Program-made: the position numbers and the translations under genes
Part shown: positions 31,586-43,514 of the stretch, piece by piece
Position numbering within the stretch: position 1 is the stretch's first letter
How the letters are laid out: each line of letters begins with the position of its first letter
DNA from: Leidyana gryllorum EB-2025a
Lineage: Eukaryota > Protista > Apicomplexa
NCBI GenBank assembly: GCA_048772705.1
Contig: JBLWGC010000072.1
Span: 1 to 48,512, forward strand
Reading direction: 5' to 3'
DNA length: 48,512 nucleotides
The notes under the pieces: generated by a model
Database searches by the model: none
Seen by the model: only the letters and a program-made list of their open reading frames with translations
Told to the model about the DNA's origin: nothing

Positions 31586-31851
31586 GAGACGTTGTGACGT
31601 TTGGTGTCACTATCTCAAGTGTCCTCAGCGGTTTGCACGACCGGCTGTTTGGTCTTGTGGTATGATTCTTCTTTCGGGTGGAAGAAGGCCCGTGTTCGAT
31701 TCCCAGAAGAGCCCGTCTGATAGTTGTTGACTGAATGCCACGTCTCTCCAAGGTCGGCTACCATACGCGGCTCCCACTCGTATAATCCCGGATGAGTCCA
31801 GACCAGCTGAGACAAAATCTGAGTTGCAGCAGTTGTGAGGGGCTGCAACTG

Positions 31852-31923
31852 CTCCGAGACCGGGAATCGAACCCGGGTCTTCCGCGTGACAGGCGGAAAT
31901 ACTAACCACTATACTATCTCGGA
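31852..31923 (-). tRNA. tRNA-Asp(GTC)
   Basis: Intact cloverleaf. Confidence 0.9.
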
Positions 31924-32114
31924 CGCTCTGAACACGCCGGCCTCCAATCCCAGAAGTCTTTCTATTTTGGCTCACGGACAAAAAACGCGTGGAGCGATGA
32001 ACCAACAACACTGTGGCAAGATGGCCGAGTTGTCTAAGGCCCTGTGCTCAGACCGCAGTCCGAAAGGGCGAGGATCTGGGGTTGAGCCTTTTTAACCCCG
32101 GAGCAGTTGGACGG

Positions 32115-32194
32115 CCGGGGGTAGCTCAGTTGGAAGAGCATCTGACTGTAGTGCTGGCATCAGATAGTCGGCGGTTCGATTCCGTCCCACCGGA
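32115..32194 (+). tRNA. tRNA-Tyr(GTA) with 7-nt intron
   Basis: Copy of 12553..12632. Confidence 0.75.
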
Positions 32195-32286
32195 AGTAGA
32201 GGGGTGATTGGCAAAGTACTACTCAACCTGAAGCTGGGAGCAGAAATTGCCCGAGTCTCTCGGGGTGCTGCAGATCTTTCGCAATT

Positions 32287-32357
32287 GCACTTGTGGTCTA
32301 AGGGTAAGATGCGACCCTTCCAAGGTCGTAACCCGGGTTCGAGTCCCGGCAGGTGCA
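32287..32357 (+). tRNA. tRNA-Gly(TCC)
   Basis: Intact cloverleaf. Confidence 0.9.
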
Positions 32358-32426
32358 GCTGTATGTAGGTCGAACGACCTGTATATCAGTGAAGTGAGGG
32401 ACTGAGTGCCAATACAATACAACGGC

Positions 32427-32506
32427 TGACAAGAGTGGGATTCGAGCCCACGCCCTTTCGGACTGCGGCCTGAACACAGCGCCTTAGACCACTCGGCCAT
32501 CTTGCC
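32427..32506 (-). tRNA. tRNA-Leu(CAG)
   Basis: T-loop CTCGA variant. Confidence 0.78.
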
Positions 32507-33300
32507 GGAGCGTTCGCCACTTTACAGGTTTTCTGTCCGTGAAGTTCTCGAGAAGGAAGACTTTTAGGGTTGAAGACGCGGAAGACGCGGGTTCGATGCC
32601 CTGTTTTGGAGAGAGCCTGTTTCCTCGCTTTGGTGGGACTCACTTCAAAGATTCGAGCTACAGCCACTTGGGATCGAACTCGGAACCTTCTGCGTGTTAA
32701 GCAGACGTCGTAACCACTAGACCATGACTGCACGAAAGCTTTGCGGGAACCAAGAGAAGTTGCGAAGTTTCAAGAAGTAGAACTAGTTGCGAGGTCGCGC
32801 CGGGAATCGAACCCAGCTCGGGAGATCCAAAGCCTCCAGTGCTAACCATTCACGACCAAGAATTAAAAGAGTGTATGAAGTGATTGGGATTGGAAATGAA
32901 TGCGTCCAGAGCTGGTACCCACCCGATCCTTGGCGTGGCAGGCGGAAATATAACTTTGATACCATGTCGGAGGCACGCCCCAACCTCAGAGCCCAGATTT
33001 CCATTCTCTAGCTTCAACAGACAGGGAACGCTTGGAGTAGCGGGACAGGAACCGAGCTGATAAGATGGCTGAGGGGTCCAAGGCGCTGTATTCAAGTCGC
33101 AGTTCGAAAGGGCGTGGGTCCAAATCCCACTCTTGTCAGGTTGAGCCTGACACGGGAAAAACAAAAGAGTCTGATTGAGCCCATAGTGATTCGAAAACCC
33201 AACCTTCTGATCTGGAGTCAGACGCGGTACGTTGGCCATAGGCCCAAAACCATCCCCCGCTCCAGACTCATTACTTGGTGGTCAGGAATGGAGGTGTCAC

Positions 33301-33371
33301 GCATCTGTGGTCTAGTGGTAGAATGTCTCGTTGCCATCGAGACGACCCGGGTTCGATTCCCGGCAGATGCA
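33301..33371 (+). tRNA. tRNA-Gly(GCC)
   Basis: Intact cloverleaf. Confidence 0.9.
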
Positions 33372-33440
33372 GAGGACACATTGTTGTTTTTTCCAGAAAT
33401 TCATGTGTCACTTGGTGTTTACCTCTCCAACCACATCGCA

Positions 33441-33522
33441 CGACAACTGCTGGATTTGAACCAGCGCGGGCCAGGCCCAGTAGATTTCTAGTCTACCCCC
33501 TTAACCACTCGGGCAAGTTGCC
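33441..33522 (-). tRNA. tRNA-Ser(AGA)
   Basis: Intact class II cloverleaf. Confidence 0.88.
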
Positions 33523-33734
33523 ACCTGTTCAACTCGGCATTTTGCGGCCAGCGGCTCCACATACGGTTCAGCAAGTTTGACTAGGACTCTCCGCCATTGA
33601 AAGTCTTGCGCTCTAGCGACGGAGCTGGCGCGGCAGGGAAGCTCGGACTTGGTAACAAGTTCCTTTCGTATTAGTCGCAGAATGATGTGGCTTCCTCGCG
33701 TCCGGGGCGACTCTTTAGCAGAGATCCCCTCACT

Positions 33735-33808
33735 TGGTCACGCCCGGGCTCGAACCGGGGACCTTGAGCTTATTAGGCTCACGCTCTAACCGACTGAGCT
33801 ACGCGACC
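33735..33808 (-). tRNA. tRNA-Ile(AAT)
   Basis: Intact cloverleaf. Confidence 0.9.
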
Positions 33809-34017
33809 ACTTCTGCAACGACAGATGGCACCGACCCGGATGCTGGATCCCCCAGAGCTGGAATCAAACATCAGAGCCATTTAGACACTGGCGGACAGCA
33901 CCCAATTTTCTAAGCAGGAGTCAGACGCGCTACGTTCCGCCATAGGCCCAAAATCATCTCCCGCTCCAGACTCATTGCCTTGTGGTCCAACATCTCCGAT
34001 CGTTCCAAACCATCTTC

Positions 34018-34089
34018 AGGGCGCGCGCGGAGTTGAACCACGGACTTGCTGATCTGCAGTCAGCTGCTCTACCACTGAGCTACGTACCC
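34018..34089 (-). tRNA. tRNA-Cys(GCA)
   Basis: One acceptor mismatch. Confidence 0.78.
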
Positions 34090-34860
34090 ACAAACTACCC
34101 GTCATACTCGCTCAACTCGATTCTATCTTCTCATTGAAAACGGCCGTTATTGTGCACGAGCTTCAACAAAAAGGTGTCACGCATCTGAGTGCTAACCACT
34201 ACACCACGCAACCCATTCACTCCTTCACAAAAAAAGAGTTGGTAGAGCCTCCGGACTAGCCCTCAACCGGACACATGCAACACGCGTATCTCTACTAACC
34301 TCTGAGATATTGGAACTGGCTCTTGTACTTTTAGTCGGCAGAACGTGTGGTTGTAAAATACAAACTCGGAGATCCGGTCTCTGAGGCAACCTTCACACAC
34401 ACTGCGGTGCCCAAGTCTATCCGAGGGCTACAGGGCACCATTAAAGCTCTCAACTCTGTAGTCAAATAGCGCCAGTTGCAGCACTACAAAGTTTGGACGA
34501 CCTGGACATTGATCCCAGTACCTCTCGCACGCTAAGCGAGCGCTTCACCATTTGAGCTAGTCCCCCGCTGTGCAGACCCCGTCGCATTTTGTTGATTCTC
34601 AACATAGTATGACCACTCTCGCGACTGTGCTCACCGGGTTGCACGACCGACAGGCGGCTGTTTGGTCTAGTGGTATGATCCTTCCTTAGGGTGGAAGGAG
34701 TCCTGGGTTCAATTCCCAAAACAGCCCTCTTGGTTGTCGGTTGACCTGATGGGATAAGCAGTTTTAGAAGTAACACAGCCACCTCGTTGCCACTTCGGCA
34801 CTCAAGGCAATTAACATCTCAAGAATCGCATTCCGGCTCCTTCTTCCATGTTGCAGACTA

Positions 34861-34932
34861 AGCAGTGTAGCTCAGTGGAAGAGTGTTGGGCTCATAACCC
34901 AAAGGTCCGTCGATCGAAACGACGCACTGCTA
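34861..34932 (+). tRNA. tRNA-iMet(CAT), eukaryotic initiator
   Basis: A1:U72, three G:C pairs in anticodon stem, A54/A60 T-loop. Confidence 0.9.
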
Positions 34933-34981
34933 AGTGTGCGCAGGAGGGAAACAGCTATAAAATTGATTGGGTCGTGACCAA

Positions 34982-35053
34982 AGCCTTCTGCCGGAATCGA
35001 ACCGGCGACCTTTCGCTTACTAAGCGAATGTTCTGCCCCTAAGCTAAGAAGGC
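34982..35053 (-). tRNA. tRNA-Thr(AGT)
   Basis: Cloverleaf, one D-stem change. Confidence 0.78.
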
Positions 35054-35129
35054 AATGCGAGCCAAAGATCACGAGTCAGTCACTATTGACGGAGGTTACT
35101 GGAGCACTTTGCTCGAATGGTCCAATGAT

Positions 35130-35202
35130 TTCCACTGCCGGGACTTGAACCCGGATCGTGCGGGTGAAAGCCGCATATCCTAGCCACTTAGACTACAGTG
35201 GA
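35130..35202 (-). tRNA. tRNA-Glu(TTC)
   Basis: Intact cloverleaf. Confidence 0.88.
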
Positions 35203-35826
35203 CGAGTGGTTGAGTTGGGGCTTCGGCCGAGAGCCGTACCGTCTTGGAAAACATGGTATATCGGCGTGATCAAGTGAGTGGATCTCTGATACAGATTCGG
35301 ACTTAGTTTACCAATTCCATTTGTATTGATCGTGGAATCTTGGGCCTTCCTCGGGTACGGGGCGAGCTTCCTTGCCGCCCCAACTCCGTCAGTAGAGCGC
35401 AAGACTTTTGAAGGGAGATCCGCGGGTTCGGGCGGCGCGAGCAGTCCTAGTAAAGCTCGCTGAACCGTATGTGAAGCCACTGGCCGCAAAATGCCAAGTT
35501 CGAGAGCGGCAACTTGTCCAAGAGGTTAAGGGGGTAGACTCGAAATCTACTGGGCCGGGCCCGCGCTGGTTGAAATCCAGCAGTTGTCGTGCGATGTGAT
35601 CGGGCATCAACTCCCTTCGGTCGTGACTCTGTTTTCATATACCGCGGGTGCAGCCGTTAGAGGCTTGGACGACCTGGGCATCGATCCCAGTATCTCTAGC
35701 ATGTTAAGCGAGTGCTATGTCATTTGAGCTAGTGGCCCGCTTTGCAGACACCATAGCATTTAGTGGTTCTTGACATATTATGACCAGTGTCCCAACTCTA
35801 CCAGCAATTTGCACCACCGACCAGTC

Positions 35827-35898
35827 GGCTGTTTGGTCTAGTGGTATGATCCTTCCTTAGGGTGGAAGGAGTCCTGGGTTCGATTCCCAGAACAGCCC
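35827..35898 (+). tRNA. tRNA-Pro(AGG)
   Basis: Intact cloverleaf. Confidence 0.88.
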
Positions 35899-36238
35899 GT
35901 CTGTCAGTTGTTGACTCAATACGCCACGTCTCTTCAAGGTTGTCTAAGATATGCTGCTCCGACAGGTGAGACAAGATTTGAGTTGTATATGCATGGAATC
36001 TTCGCCAGATTCATTCCAGTTGGCCCATCAACGATGTCTGCAAAACCCATCAGGTTGAGTAGTAGTCTGCCAACCACCACTCTACTTCCGGTGGGACGGA
36101 ATCGAACCGCCGACTATCTATCCGGGTTCAAGTCCCGGCAGTGGAAGCTACTCGAGCAAAGTGCTCCAGTAATCCCCGTCAATAGTCACTGATTCGTGAT
36201 CTTCGGCCTGCATTGCCTTCTTAGCTCAGGGGAGCATT

Positions 36239-36608
36239 CGTGTGTCTCTCGCTCTGGTGTCTCTCTCACTCCACCCATGTGCCAGTCGCTCGCACTCTTG
36301 CGGAGCCTCGCGCTGGACACACACGGTAGTTCTCCCCGACACCACACTCTGATCATTCATGTGAGTGTCTGCACAGTTACACTGTCGCAGAGAGCTCAGA
36401 CCACTAGGGTGCATTAGCCTTTACGCTTTAGTAGTAGTTGCTTTACGTTCGTTAATAATGCCTTTTCACCATCTTATACATGCCCCTATATAAGTGCCAA
36501 ATATGTAGGGAAGTATCCAGATGGATGTTAATTCGGTTGGAAATTTCACCAAGTCGAATTTGGCCACCCGATAGGAAGTTGACCATCAGGCCAACACGAA
36601 CTACAACA
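36239..36608 (-). mobile_element. Complementary fragment of the same solo LTR
   Basis: Matches the remaining ~370 bp of the LTR, ends TACAACA, followed by GAATA. Confidence 0.92.
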
Positions 36609-36757
36609 GAATATCTGGTGCCACCACTACAGTCAGATACGTTACCATCTAAGCACCCCGGCCGTGAGAGTACTTTGGGGCGGCACACCGCAGCCAGAAC
36701 GACATCGGCGGTCGCAACGGAAGCCATTAACACTTTGGAACTCAGAAGGAAAGTAAT

Positions 36758-36841
36758 GCACAGATGCCCGAGTGGTCTAAGGGGCCAGACTCAAGTTCTG
36801 GTAGGCGCAAGTCTGGATGGGTTCGAATCCCATTCTGTGCA
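36758..36841 (+). tRNA. tRNA-Leu(CAA)
   Basis: Class II cloverleaf, CCAGA-CT-CAA-GT-TCTGG; distinct body, only copy seen. Confidence 0.87.
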
Positions 36842-37222
36842 GCGGCGATCATCCCAAAAAAGCTGGAAAAGGCCACAGTAGATTCGAATCTCCATTTGTA
36901 TATCCGGTTGCATGCACCCAAGTATTCGGCTGTTGCTCTGCTGGTATAATCCTTCCTCAGAGTGGAAGGAGTCCTGGGTTCGATTCCAGAACAGCCCTAA
37001 GAACCAACACAGCCACCTCGTTAGCCCGCTTCGGTAGGGCAGTCAGGGCAACTAACATCTTGAGGATCACATTTCGGCTACCTCTTCCATGTTGCAGACT
37101 GAGCAGTGTAGCTCAGTGGAAGAGTGTTAGGCTCATAACGCAAAGGTCCGTCGATCGAAACGACGCACTGCTAAGTGTGCGCAGAAGCAAAACAGTTATA
37201 GAATAGATTTTCTCGTGAGCAA

Positions 37223-37294
37223 AGCCTTCTGCCGGAATCGAACCGGCGACCTTTCGCTTACTAAGCGAATGCTCTGCCCCTAAGCTAAGAAGGC
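37223..37294 (-). tRNA. tRNA-Thr(AGT)
   Basis: Intact cloverleaf. Confidence 0.88.
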
Positions 37295-37422
37295 AATATC
37301 AGCTGGTAATCACGCATCAGTCACTATTGACGGAAGTTACTGAAGCACATTGTTCCACCAGTCAATCCTTCCACTGCTCCACCCAAGGGCAAATAGGGTG
37401 TAACTAAGTTTAGAGCTTCCTT

Positions 37423-37495
37423 GCCGCCCTAGCTCAGTCGGTATAGCGCAAGACTTTTAATCTTGCAGTCACGGGTTCGAGCCCCGCGGACGGTG
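37423..37495 (+). tRNA. tRNA-Lys(TTT), variant
   Basis: Three substitutions. Confidence 0.65.
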
Positions 37496-37555
37496 CAAAT
37501 CAATGTCTCTGGGAGTAGGAATGGAACCGTTGCCTACAAGCACACTCAGCTGGAT

Positions 37556-37628
37556 TTCCACTGCCGGGACTTGAAACCGGATCGTGCGGGTGAGAGCCGC
37601 ATATCCTAGCCACTTAGACTACAGTGGA
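37556..37628 (-). tRNA. tRNA-Glu(CTC)
   Basis: One T-stem change. Confidence 0.75.
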
Positions 37629-37951
37629 CAACTCCCTCAGCTGCAGCTTTAGCCGAGAGCCGTACCCTCGTGACAAGACGTGGTCTACAACAAAGGGGTT
37701 GCAGAATCCTGCGGTAGAAAGCGGAGGGTCTCTTTACTGACCTGTGAAACATTGTTGCTGGGTCTTCTAGCTCGGTCGGCAGAGCGTGTGGCTGTTAACC
37801 ACAAACCCGCCGATTCGAAACCTGCCAGGACCGGTTTTACAGGCACCCTAGACACTGACTGCGCTGCTCTCCCAATGGCACTTGTGGTCTGCGACCCTTC
37901 AAAGATGTAAGGTTGGGTTTGGCTCCCGCCACGTACAGCCGTAGCGTACTT

Positions 37952-38024
37952 TGGACGACCTGGGCATCGCTCCCAGTACCTCTCGCATGCTAAGCGAGCG
38001 CTCTACCATTTGAGCTAGTCGCCC
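37952..38024 (-). tRNA. tRNA-Ala(AGC), variant
   Basis: T-loop substitution. Confidence 0.72.
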
Positions 38025-38261
38025 ATTGAGCAAACCCCAGTACATCGAGTTCTTTTTTACATGGTATGACCAGTCTCTCCACTTTGCACAAACGAAGCCA
38101 CGCAGGAAACGGCTGGAGGGACCCGAATACTCAACCTTCGCCTTAGGAGGGCAACGCGCTATGCATTGCGGCACAACCGCATTCGCAACCCATCCACCGA
38201 GCTGTCCCAAGGTGTCTCCTCTTACACCTAACTAGTATCGAGATGACCGAAGCTTGTCTAT

Positions 38262-38334
38262 GGTGCGGTGGCCTAATGGATAGGGCATCGGTCTTCGGAA
38301 CCGGGAGTTGTGGGTTCGAGTCCCATCCGCATCA
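38262..38334 (+). tRNA. tRNA-Arg(TCG)
   Basis: Intact cloverleaf. Confidence 0.88.
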
Positions 38335-38455
38335 TAGCCTCTCACGCGAAAGACGTTCCGCAAGCTTGCTAGCTGTATGGGGAGCCACTGCCGCGCATGT
38401 CGAGTTGGAGTGCTCGTGATATGATTTTCCTTCCCTTGGAGAGTGCCTCTGAAAC

Positions 38456-38528
38456 CGGTCCTGGCAGGTTTCGAACCTGCGACTTTGTGGTTAACAGCCA
38501 CACGCTCTGCCGACTGAGCTACAAGACC
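38456..38528 (-). tRNA. tRNA-Asn(GTT)
   Basis: Intact cloverleaf. Confidence 0.9.
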
Positions 38529-38646
38529 CAGCTACAATGTTTCAGAGGTTAGTATAGAGATCCTCCCTTATCCTACCGCAGGATTCTGCAATCACGTCTT
38601 GTCAAGAGGGTACGGCTCTCGGGTAAAGCTGCAGCTGAGGGAGTTG

Positions 38647-38719
38647 TCCACTGTAGTCTAAGTGGCTAGGATATGCGGCTCTCACCCGCACGATCCGGGT
38701 TCAAGTCCCGGCAGTGGAG
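38647..38719 (+). tRNA. tRNA-Glu(CTC)
   Basis: Cloverleaf. Confidence 0.83.
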
Positions 38720-38771
38720 AGTGTGCTTGCAGGCAACAGTTCCATTCTTACTTCCAGGGGATATAGATCCA

Positions 38772-38844
38772 CACCGCCCGCGGGGCTCGAACCCGCGACT
38801 GCAAGATTAAGAGTCTTGCGCTCTACCGACTGAGCTAGGGCGGC
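38772..38844 (-). tRNA. tRNA-Lys(CTT)
   Basis: Intact cloverleaf. Confidence 0.9.
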
Positions 38845-38964
38845 AGGAAAGCAAGGACACAAAACCCGATAGCCTGACATCTAAAGTGGCTTTGGTACCC
38901 ACCAGCCTCACATAGTGAGACGAGTCTCTCGACTGTACCCAGCGGGTTGAACCACCGACAAGGT

Positions 38965-39036
38965 GGCTGTTTGGTCTAGTGGTATGATTCTTCCTTCGGG
39001 TGGAAGAAGTCCTGGGTTCGATTCCCAGAACAGCCC
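38965..39036 (+). tRNA. tRNA-Pro(CGG)
   Basis: Intact cloverleaf. Confidence 0.88.
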
Positions 39037-39137
39037 GTCTGATAGTTGTTGACGCAACACGGCACTCGACCCATCCCGAACACCTAAGACAGGATCTGAG
39101 TTGTTGACTCAACAGGCTGCAACCCGGGCATTCGCCC

Positions 39138-39210
39138 AGACGCTACTGGGACTCGAACCCAGAATCCCCGGTTCCGTAGACCGATGCCATATCCATTAGG
39201 CCATAGCGCC
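39138..39210 (-). tRNA. tRNA-Arg(ACG)
   Basis: Intact cloverleaf. Confidence 0.88.
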
Positions 39211-39478
39211 GACTAGCGGAGCCGTCAAATGGAAGTGTGTAGCGATCAAGACGACATGGGCAGCTACGCTCGATGGTGGGTCTGGACAGACTTCACCCAC
39301 ATCTCCCATTCGAGACATCGGGGACATACTATCCAAGCCAGGATTCGGGCCTGGGTATGCACGGCCACAACTTGCTGTTGTAAGCACCTAGACGACCCGG
39401 ACAATCTTCAAGTGAGGCTGGTGGGTACCAAAGCCACTTAAGATGTCGGGCTATCGGGTTTTGTGTCCTTGCATTCCT

Positions 39479-39551
39479 GCCGCCCTAGCTCAGTCGGTAG
39501 AGCGCAAGACTCTTAATCTTGCAGTCGCGGGTTCGAGCCCCGCGGGCGGTG
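39479..39551 (+). tRNA. tRNA-Lys(CTT)
   Basis: Intact cloverleaf. Confidence 0.9.
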
Positions 39552-39611
39552 TGCATCTATTTCCCTGGGAGTAAAAATGGAACTGTTGCCTACAAGCACA
39601 CTCAGCTGGAG

Positions 39612-39684
39612 TTCCACTGCCGGGACTGGAACCCGGATCGTGCGGGTGGGAGCCGCATATCCTAGCCACTTAGACTACAGTGGA
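39612..39684 (-). pseudogene. tRNA-Glu body with CCC anticodon
   Basis: CT-CCC-AC loop, T-loop TTCCA. Confidence 0.65.
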
Positions 39685-39901
39685 CGAGTCACAACAGTTG
39701 CACTGACGAATGAGGCGCCAGAGAAGTGTGACTCGGTCTCAGATTGGAAGTTCACCTAGGTTTGGCGGGCGGGCGGCTATCTCAAGTGGTAGAGCGGTGA
39801 CTTTGCACGCGAGAGGTCAGTTTAGACATCTATCAATGCCGCAGGGCAGGCTGAACATGGGGGTATTTGGTCACTTCCGCGACATGTCGAATTCGACAGG
39901 T

Positions 39902-39983
39902 GGCAACTTGCCTGAGTGGTTAAGGGGGCAGACTAGAAATCTACTGGGCCTGGCCCGCGCTGGTTCGAATCCAGCAGTTGTCG
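39902..39983 (+). tRNA. tRNA-Ser(AGA), variant
   Basis: Class II cloverleaf with substitutions. Confidence 0.72.
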
Positions 39984-40373
39984 TGTTATGTGATCGGGGA
40001 TCAACTCCATTCGGTCGTGGCTGTGCTATATCATTCCAGCTAGTCGCCCGCTGTGCAGACCCCATAGCATTTAGTGGTTCTTGACATATTATGACCAGTC
40101 TCTCGACTGTACCAGCCATTTGCACCACCGACCGATGGGCTGTTTGGTCTAGTGCTATGACCCCTCCTCAGGGTGGAGTCCTGGTTCGATTCCCAGCACA
40201 GCCCTCTTGGTCGTCGGTTGACCCGATGGGACAAGTTGCCCCAGAACCAACACAGCCACCTCGTTAGCCCACTTGGTTCAAATCCAGCAGTTGTCGTGCG
40301 ATGTGGTTGGAGGGGTCAGACACCAACTCAAGCGTGAATCCCTGGAATGGTGGGAAAACAATCATGTGTCTTC

Positions 40374-40444
40374 TGCATCTGCCGGGAATCGAACCCGGGT
40401 CGTCTCGATGGCAACGAGACATTCTACCACTAGACCACAGATGC
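40374..40444 (-). tRNA. tRNA-Gly(GCC)
   Basis: Intact cloverleaf. Confidence 0.9.
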
Positions 40445-40540
40445 ATGACTCCTTGTTGTTCAAGCTCGTGCACAATAACGGCCGTTTTGCATCAAACGAG
40501 AAGACAGAATCTAGTTGAGCGAGTATGACGGGTGTTTTGT

Positions 40541-40612
40541 GGGTACGTAGCTCAGTGGTAGAGCAGCTGACTGCAGATCAGCAAGTCCGTGGTTCAACTC
40601 CGCGCGTGCCCT
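40541..40612 (+). tRNA. tRNA-Cys(GCA)
   Basis: Cloverleaf. Confidence 0.87.
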
Positions 40613-40762
40613 AAAGATGACCTGAAGGTTGAAGATGTTGGAAATCCATCCCTGACCACATGCCAATGAGTCTGAAGTCGGTGGACAATTTTGGGTGTAT
40701 GGGGGACGGTGGCGCGCAGAAATCGCCCGAGTGTCTCGGGGTGCTGCAACTCTTTCGCAATT

Positions 40763-40833
40763 GCACTTGTGGTCTAAGGGTAAGATGCGACCCTTCCAAG
40801 GTCGTAACCCGGGTTCGAGTCCCGGCAGGTGCA
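40763..40833 (+). tRNA. tRNA-Gly(TCC)
   Basis: Intact cloverleaf. Confidence 0.9.
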
Positions 40834-40903
40834 GTCGTATGTAGCTCGAACCACCTGTCTATCAGTGAAGAGAGGGGACTACCTACCAATACAATACAAC
40901 GGC

Positions 40904-40983
40904 TGACAAGAGTGGGATTCGAACCCACGCCCTTTCGGACTGCGGCCTGAACACAGCGCCTTAGACCACTCGGCCATCTTGCC
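40904..40983 (-). tRNA. tRNA-Leu(CAG)
   Basis: Intact class II cloverleaf. Confidence 0.9.
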
Positions 40984-41563
40984 GGAGCCTTCTTGGCTCG
41001 CCACTTTACACGTTTTCTGTCCGTGAAGTCTCGAGGAGGGAGGACTTTTGGGGTTGAAGGCCGGTGTGTTTGTGAGCCACCGAGATAGTATGGTGGTTAG
41101 TATTTCCGCCTGTCACGCGGAAGACCCGGTTCGATTCCCGGTCTCGGAGATAGATCGTCTTCCGCTCTAGATTCCGTGATGCTTGCCTGAACGTTGCGTG
41201 TTACAGCCACCGAGGATTGAACTCCGGACCTTCTGCGTTTTAAGCAGACGTCGTGACCGCTGGATGGCTGCACGGAGCTTCCGGACTGCCGAAGGGGCGT
41301 GTGTCTCTGGAAACGCGTATCCGATGAGCCTGGTTCATATGTACCGGCCTAAGTTGGACGGCCTGGAGTAGTTAAGACCCTTCGTTCTGTATTCAGGAAT
41401 GGAGGTGTCACGCATCTGTGGTTTAGTGGTAGACTGTGTCGTTGCCGCCTAGACGACCCAGGTTCGATTCCCACAGATGCAGAGAAGATGGCAGATGGTT
41501 GATTGAGGCACCATTCTGGGGTTTCAGGCTTGAGTTGTTGTCTGCCCCTCCAATCACATCGAA

Positions 41564-41645
41564 CGACAGCTGCTGGATTCGAACCAGCGCGGGCCAGACC
41601 CAGTAGATTTCAAGTCTACCCCCTTAACCACTCGGGCAAGTTGCC
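41564..41645 (-). tRNA. tRNA-Ser(TGA), variant
   Basis: One acceptor mismatch. Confidence 0.75.
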
Positions 41646-41840
41646 AACGGTCGAATTCGGCATCCCGCAGACAGTGGCTTCACGTACGGTTCAGCAAGCT
41701 TGACTCATCCCCTGTCTCAAATAAGATAACGAGTCTTTCGAACTCCGCCTGCCACGTCACTCGACAGCTGCTAGATTCGAACCAGTGGGGCCAGGCGATA
41801 CTGAGACTCAGGCGTTTGAGACAGTGAGGCTGTGGGTTGT

Positions 41841-41913
41841 GCGGTGGTGGCGCAATGGATAGCGTGTTGCCCTCCGGAGGCAAAGGTTGTGGGTTCGAGT
41901 CCCGCCCACCGTT
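41841..41913 (+). tRNA. tRNA-Arg(CCG)
   Basis: TTGCC-CT-CCG-GA-GGCAA arm; body related to Arg(CCT). Confidence 0.85.
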
Positions 41914-42180
41914 CTCGTGGTCTCGCTCAACAGTGGAATCGAGAAGAGTGGCTGCCATTCGGAGCCATGCAGACTTGCGCCATCAAAACTCAAGTTCGGC
42001 ACCGCGGGCCACCACCCGATCTGTGCACTCTACCCTTTGAGCTAGCGGTCTCCAACTTCGAAGAGCTATTGCATGCCGTGCTTGATGAGTGGGCGATTGC
42101 CCATTGAAAATCTGCGGAACGCTGCTGGCAAGCTCGAGTCGCACGGCTGCTAGGGATGACACCAAATGTCACAACCTCTC

Positions 42181-42253
42181 TGCCTCGGCCGTGGATCGAA
42201 GACGGGACTTTCAGATCTTCAGTCTGGCGCTTTCCCAACTGAGCTACCGAGGC
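42181..42253 (-). tRNA. tRNA-Phe(GAA), mutated copy
   Basis: Three substitutions versus 31513..31585. Confidence 0.7.
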
Positions 42254-43254
42254 GGTAGGTAGTCACGGGAGGCGGTGAAAATAAGCACTTATCGCGGCCG
42301 TATGTGGGGCCACTCCTCGCCGCATGCCGGAATCGACAGTTGTCAACTTGCCCGAGTAGGGAAGGGGGATTTCAACTGGGCCTGGGCAGGAGTCTGGGTT
42401 CGATTCCCAGAACAGCACGTCTTACAATTGTTGTCTCACTCAGCGTCTCTCCAAGGTCGGCTAAGATATGCGGCTCTCACTCGTACAATCCCGCATGAAG
42501 TCTAGACAGCTGAGACAAAATCTGATTTGCATCATAAAACCCGACCACTCGCCCAGACGCTACTGGGACTCGAGCCCACAATCCCCACTTCCGTGGACCG
42601 ATGCCACATCCATTGGGCCATACCGCCGATCAACGGGGGCGTCAAATGAGAGTGTGTCGCGATCAAGCGTTGTCGATTAGGCAAGAGTTTCCATCCGAAC
42701 ACCGGAGACATACTGTCCGAGCCAGAAATCGAGTCTGGGTTTGCACGGCCACAACGTGCTGTCCTAACCACTAGACGACTCGAACAATCTTCAGGTGAGG
42801 CTATAGAGGTAATGAAGATCACTTAGGATGGGATCCATCAGGAGCATCAGATGAAGTGCGTTGCTCGAGTAGTCCAAGGACTTCCACTGCCGGGACTTGA
42901 ACCGGGATCGTGCGAGTGAGAGCCGCTTATCCTAGCCACTTAGACTACAGTGGACAAGTTCCCCAATTGAGGTTTCGGATGAGAACCGTACCCTCTTAAC
43001 AAGACGTGGTCCGTCGGGTCAACCTACAACAAAGGGGTTGCAGTAGAAAGTGGAGGGTCTCTCCACTAAGCTCAGAAACATTGTAAGGGGTCTTGTAGCT
43101 CAGTCGGCAGAGCGTGTGGCTTTTGATGACAAACTCGCAGGTGCTGAACCTAACAGAACCGGCTTCAGATGCACCATAGACATTGACTGCGGTGCTCTCC
43201 CAATGGCACTTGTGGTTCGCGACTCTTCAAAGATGGTAGCAGCCGTACGTACTT

Positions 43255-43327
43255 TGGACGACCTGGGCATCGATCCCAGTACCTCTCGCATGCTAAGCGA
43301 GCGCTCTACCATTTGAGCTAGTCGCCC
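43255..43327 (-). tRNA. tRNA-Ala(AGC)
   Basis: Intact cloverleaf. Confidence 0.9.
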
Positions 43328-43441
43328 ATTCAGCAACCCGCAGTGCATCCAGTTCTTTTTACATGGTATGACCAATCTCCCAACTGCATCGATCACTTTC
43401 ACCAGTTGTGCTCCACTTTGCACAAACGAAGGCACGCAGGA

Positions 43442-43514
43442 AACGGCTGGAGGGACTCGAACCCTCAACCTTTGCCTTAGGAGGGCAACGCGCTATCCAT
43501 TGCGCCACAACCGC
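43442..43514 (-). tRNA. tRNA-Arg(CCT)
   Basis: Intact cloverleaf. Confidence 0.88.

Noticed and set aside
36215-36240. Split or permuted (trans-spliced) tRNA genes
   Set aside because: Half-genes coincide with rearrangement junctions, have variable breakpoints and lack complementary leader sequences or BHB motifs
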